IMG/VR virus record: IMGVR_UViG_3300033696_000004
Coordinates: 1-36,030 of that record
Source: a virus
Lineage: Duplodnaviria; Heunggongvirae; Uroviricota; Caudoviricetes
DNA: 36,030 bases
Direction: 5' to 3' (one strand)
Shown here: positions 35,092-36,030 of the stretch, one piece after another
Numbering within the stretch: position 1 is the first letter of the stretch
Layout: the number at the start of each line of letters is the position of its first letter
The notes under the pieces: model-generated
What the model saw: the letters and a program-made list of their open reading frames with translations, nothing else
Database searches by the model: none
What the model was told of the DNA's origin: nothing
Translations under genes and position numbers: made by a program

Positions 35092-35251
35092 GGGTGGTAG
35101 ACCGAGTACCGATTATTAAGGGGTTCGAAATCCTTCTTATTCTGTATGTTCCAAGGGGAATTCGGTTAGCTTAACTAGAAGTGGAGTCTTGATTCTAGAT
35201 TGATAGACAAAATGGACAGAATGGTCGTGGTTTCGATTACCACTACCGCCC
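35092..35251 (+). ncRNA. tRNA-like ncRNA with expanded D and anticodon domains
   Basis: 8-bp closing stem GGGTGGTA/TACCGCCC stacked on T-arm GTGGT-TTCGATT-ACCAC. Confidence 0.6.
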
Positions 35252-35528
35252 TCTCAAAACTTTTAATGTTTTTATAATAAAATTGTTTACTTTACTGAAA
35301 ACTGTGTTATTATAAGTACATGGGTTGTTTACCGCAAATAAAAATTTCAAATTGGCTTGAAAGCAAAGTGCAACCCGACTTTATTTTAAATTATTCTCAT
35401 AAAACTGTTTACTATAGTCATGAATGTGGTATAATAGGTTGTATGAGTGGCTGACTTAGAGAGTAGTAAACGTATGGTACGTTGATACATCTGAGAATAA
35501 TTCAAAATAATTCGATACTAAATACTAG

Positions 35529-35806
35529 TGTAATCTGAAAACATTCTTTTGACTTACATGATGTCTGGTAAAGCAGACGTGTGGGCAGTGATCACAAGTC
35601 GCAGTCAATCAAACTTAGAGGAATTTGTCACTTCTCGGAGATTGTTTTCAGATTACAGTCCAATCTTACTTGGTGTATTACGTCAGATGACGTTAGTGGA
35701 ACACCATTTTAGCATTGGCAACAGGGGTTCTACTTATCGACATCAGGACGATGCCAGCGTTAGGAATACGCTTCGGTGAGTAATACATCAAGGGAAGAGA
35801 TTGGAC
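35529..35806 (+). ncRNA. Structured RNA (two adjacent long-stem domains) upstream of csrA
   Basis: 15-bp stem 35529-43/35643-57; 9-bp and 13-bp stems 35658-81/35780-806; AGGA-loop hairpins. Confidence 0.55.
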
Positions 35807-35861
35807 ATGGATGTCATTTTATCGGAGTCTACGGTTTCGTAGACTCTTCCCAAGGATTTTT

Positions 35862-36029
35862 ATGTTAGTTTTATCAAGAAAATGTGGCGAGTCAATTACT
35901 ATTGGTGATAACATCGAAGTAACGGTTGTTTCTGTTAAAGGGAATCAAGTTAAGCTTTCGATTAATGCTCCACGAGAAATTAGTATACTTCGCAACGAAC
36001 TTAAAGAAAAAGAAAACGATTTAAAATAA
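35862..36029 (+). CDS. csrA: Carbon storage regulator CsrA homolog, 55 aa
   Basis: MLVLSRK-x-GE-x-I-x-IGD..V-x-GNQVKL-x-INAP-x-E..R-x-E; AAGGA RBS; start moved to 35862. Confidence 0.92.
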   Translation: MLVLSRKCGESITIGDNIEVTVVSVKGNQVKLSINAPREISILRNELKEKENDLK

Positions 36030-36030
36030 T

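Noticed and set aside
35092..35251. tmRNA or tRNA-Sec
   Set aside because: Too short for tmRNA with no G3-U70 or tag ORF; has an 8/5 stem geometry but no UCA anticodon arm
35549..35779. 76-aa ORF
   Set aside because: TTG start without SD, lies within long RNA stems

Overview
AT-rich segment of a T4-superfamily myovirus (KVP40-like gene order), most likely infecting a gammaproteobacterium. Left end (1-4150): small early genes, each behind a near-identical sigma70-promoter/stem-loop/RBS cassette, including an ArdA-like antirestriction protein. This part has about 4-fold more GATC than expected. It is followed by a 1.1-kb non-coding block with hairpins and 34 uninterrupted octamers matching the MetJ operator (met box, AGACGTCT), the most striking feature here and a candidate phage decoy or landing pad for the host SAM-sensing repressor. 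Next come a Zn-finger/GIY-YIG-like endonuclease gene with a pseudoknotted leader, a second family of promoter cassettes with paralogous small genes, and a YccA/BI-1 protein. The baseplate/tail module follows (gp5.4, 5.1, 5, 27, 53, 48 | gp4, 2, 54, 26, 51, putative tape measure, gp3), with a well-supported -1 frameshift signal between gp26 and gp51. The right end has dNMP kinase, gp57A, gp57B/Acb1, three tRNA genes (one with a 27-nt anticodon-loop insertion), a vWA protein, an SF1 helicase, several structured ncRNA candidates and a phage csrA. All assignments come from reading the sequence and recalled family motifs; no database searches were run.
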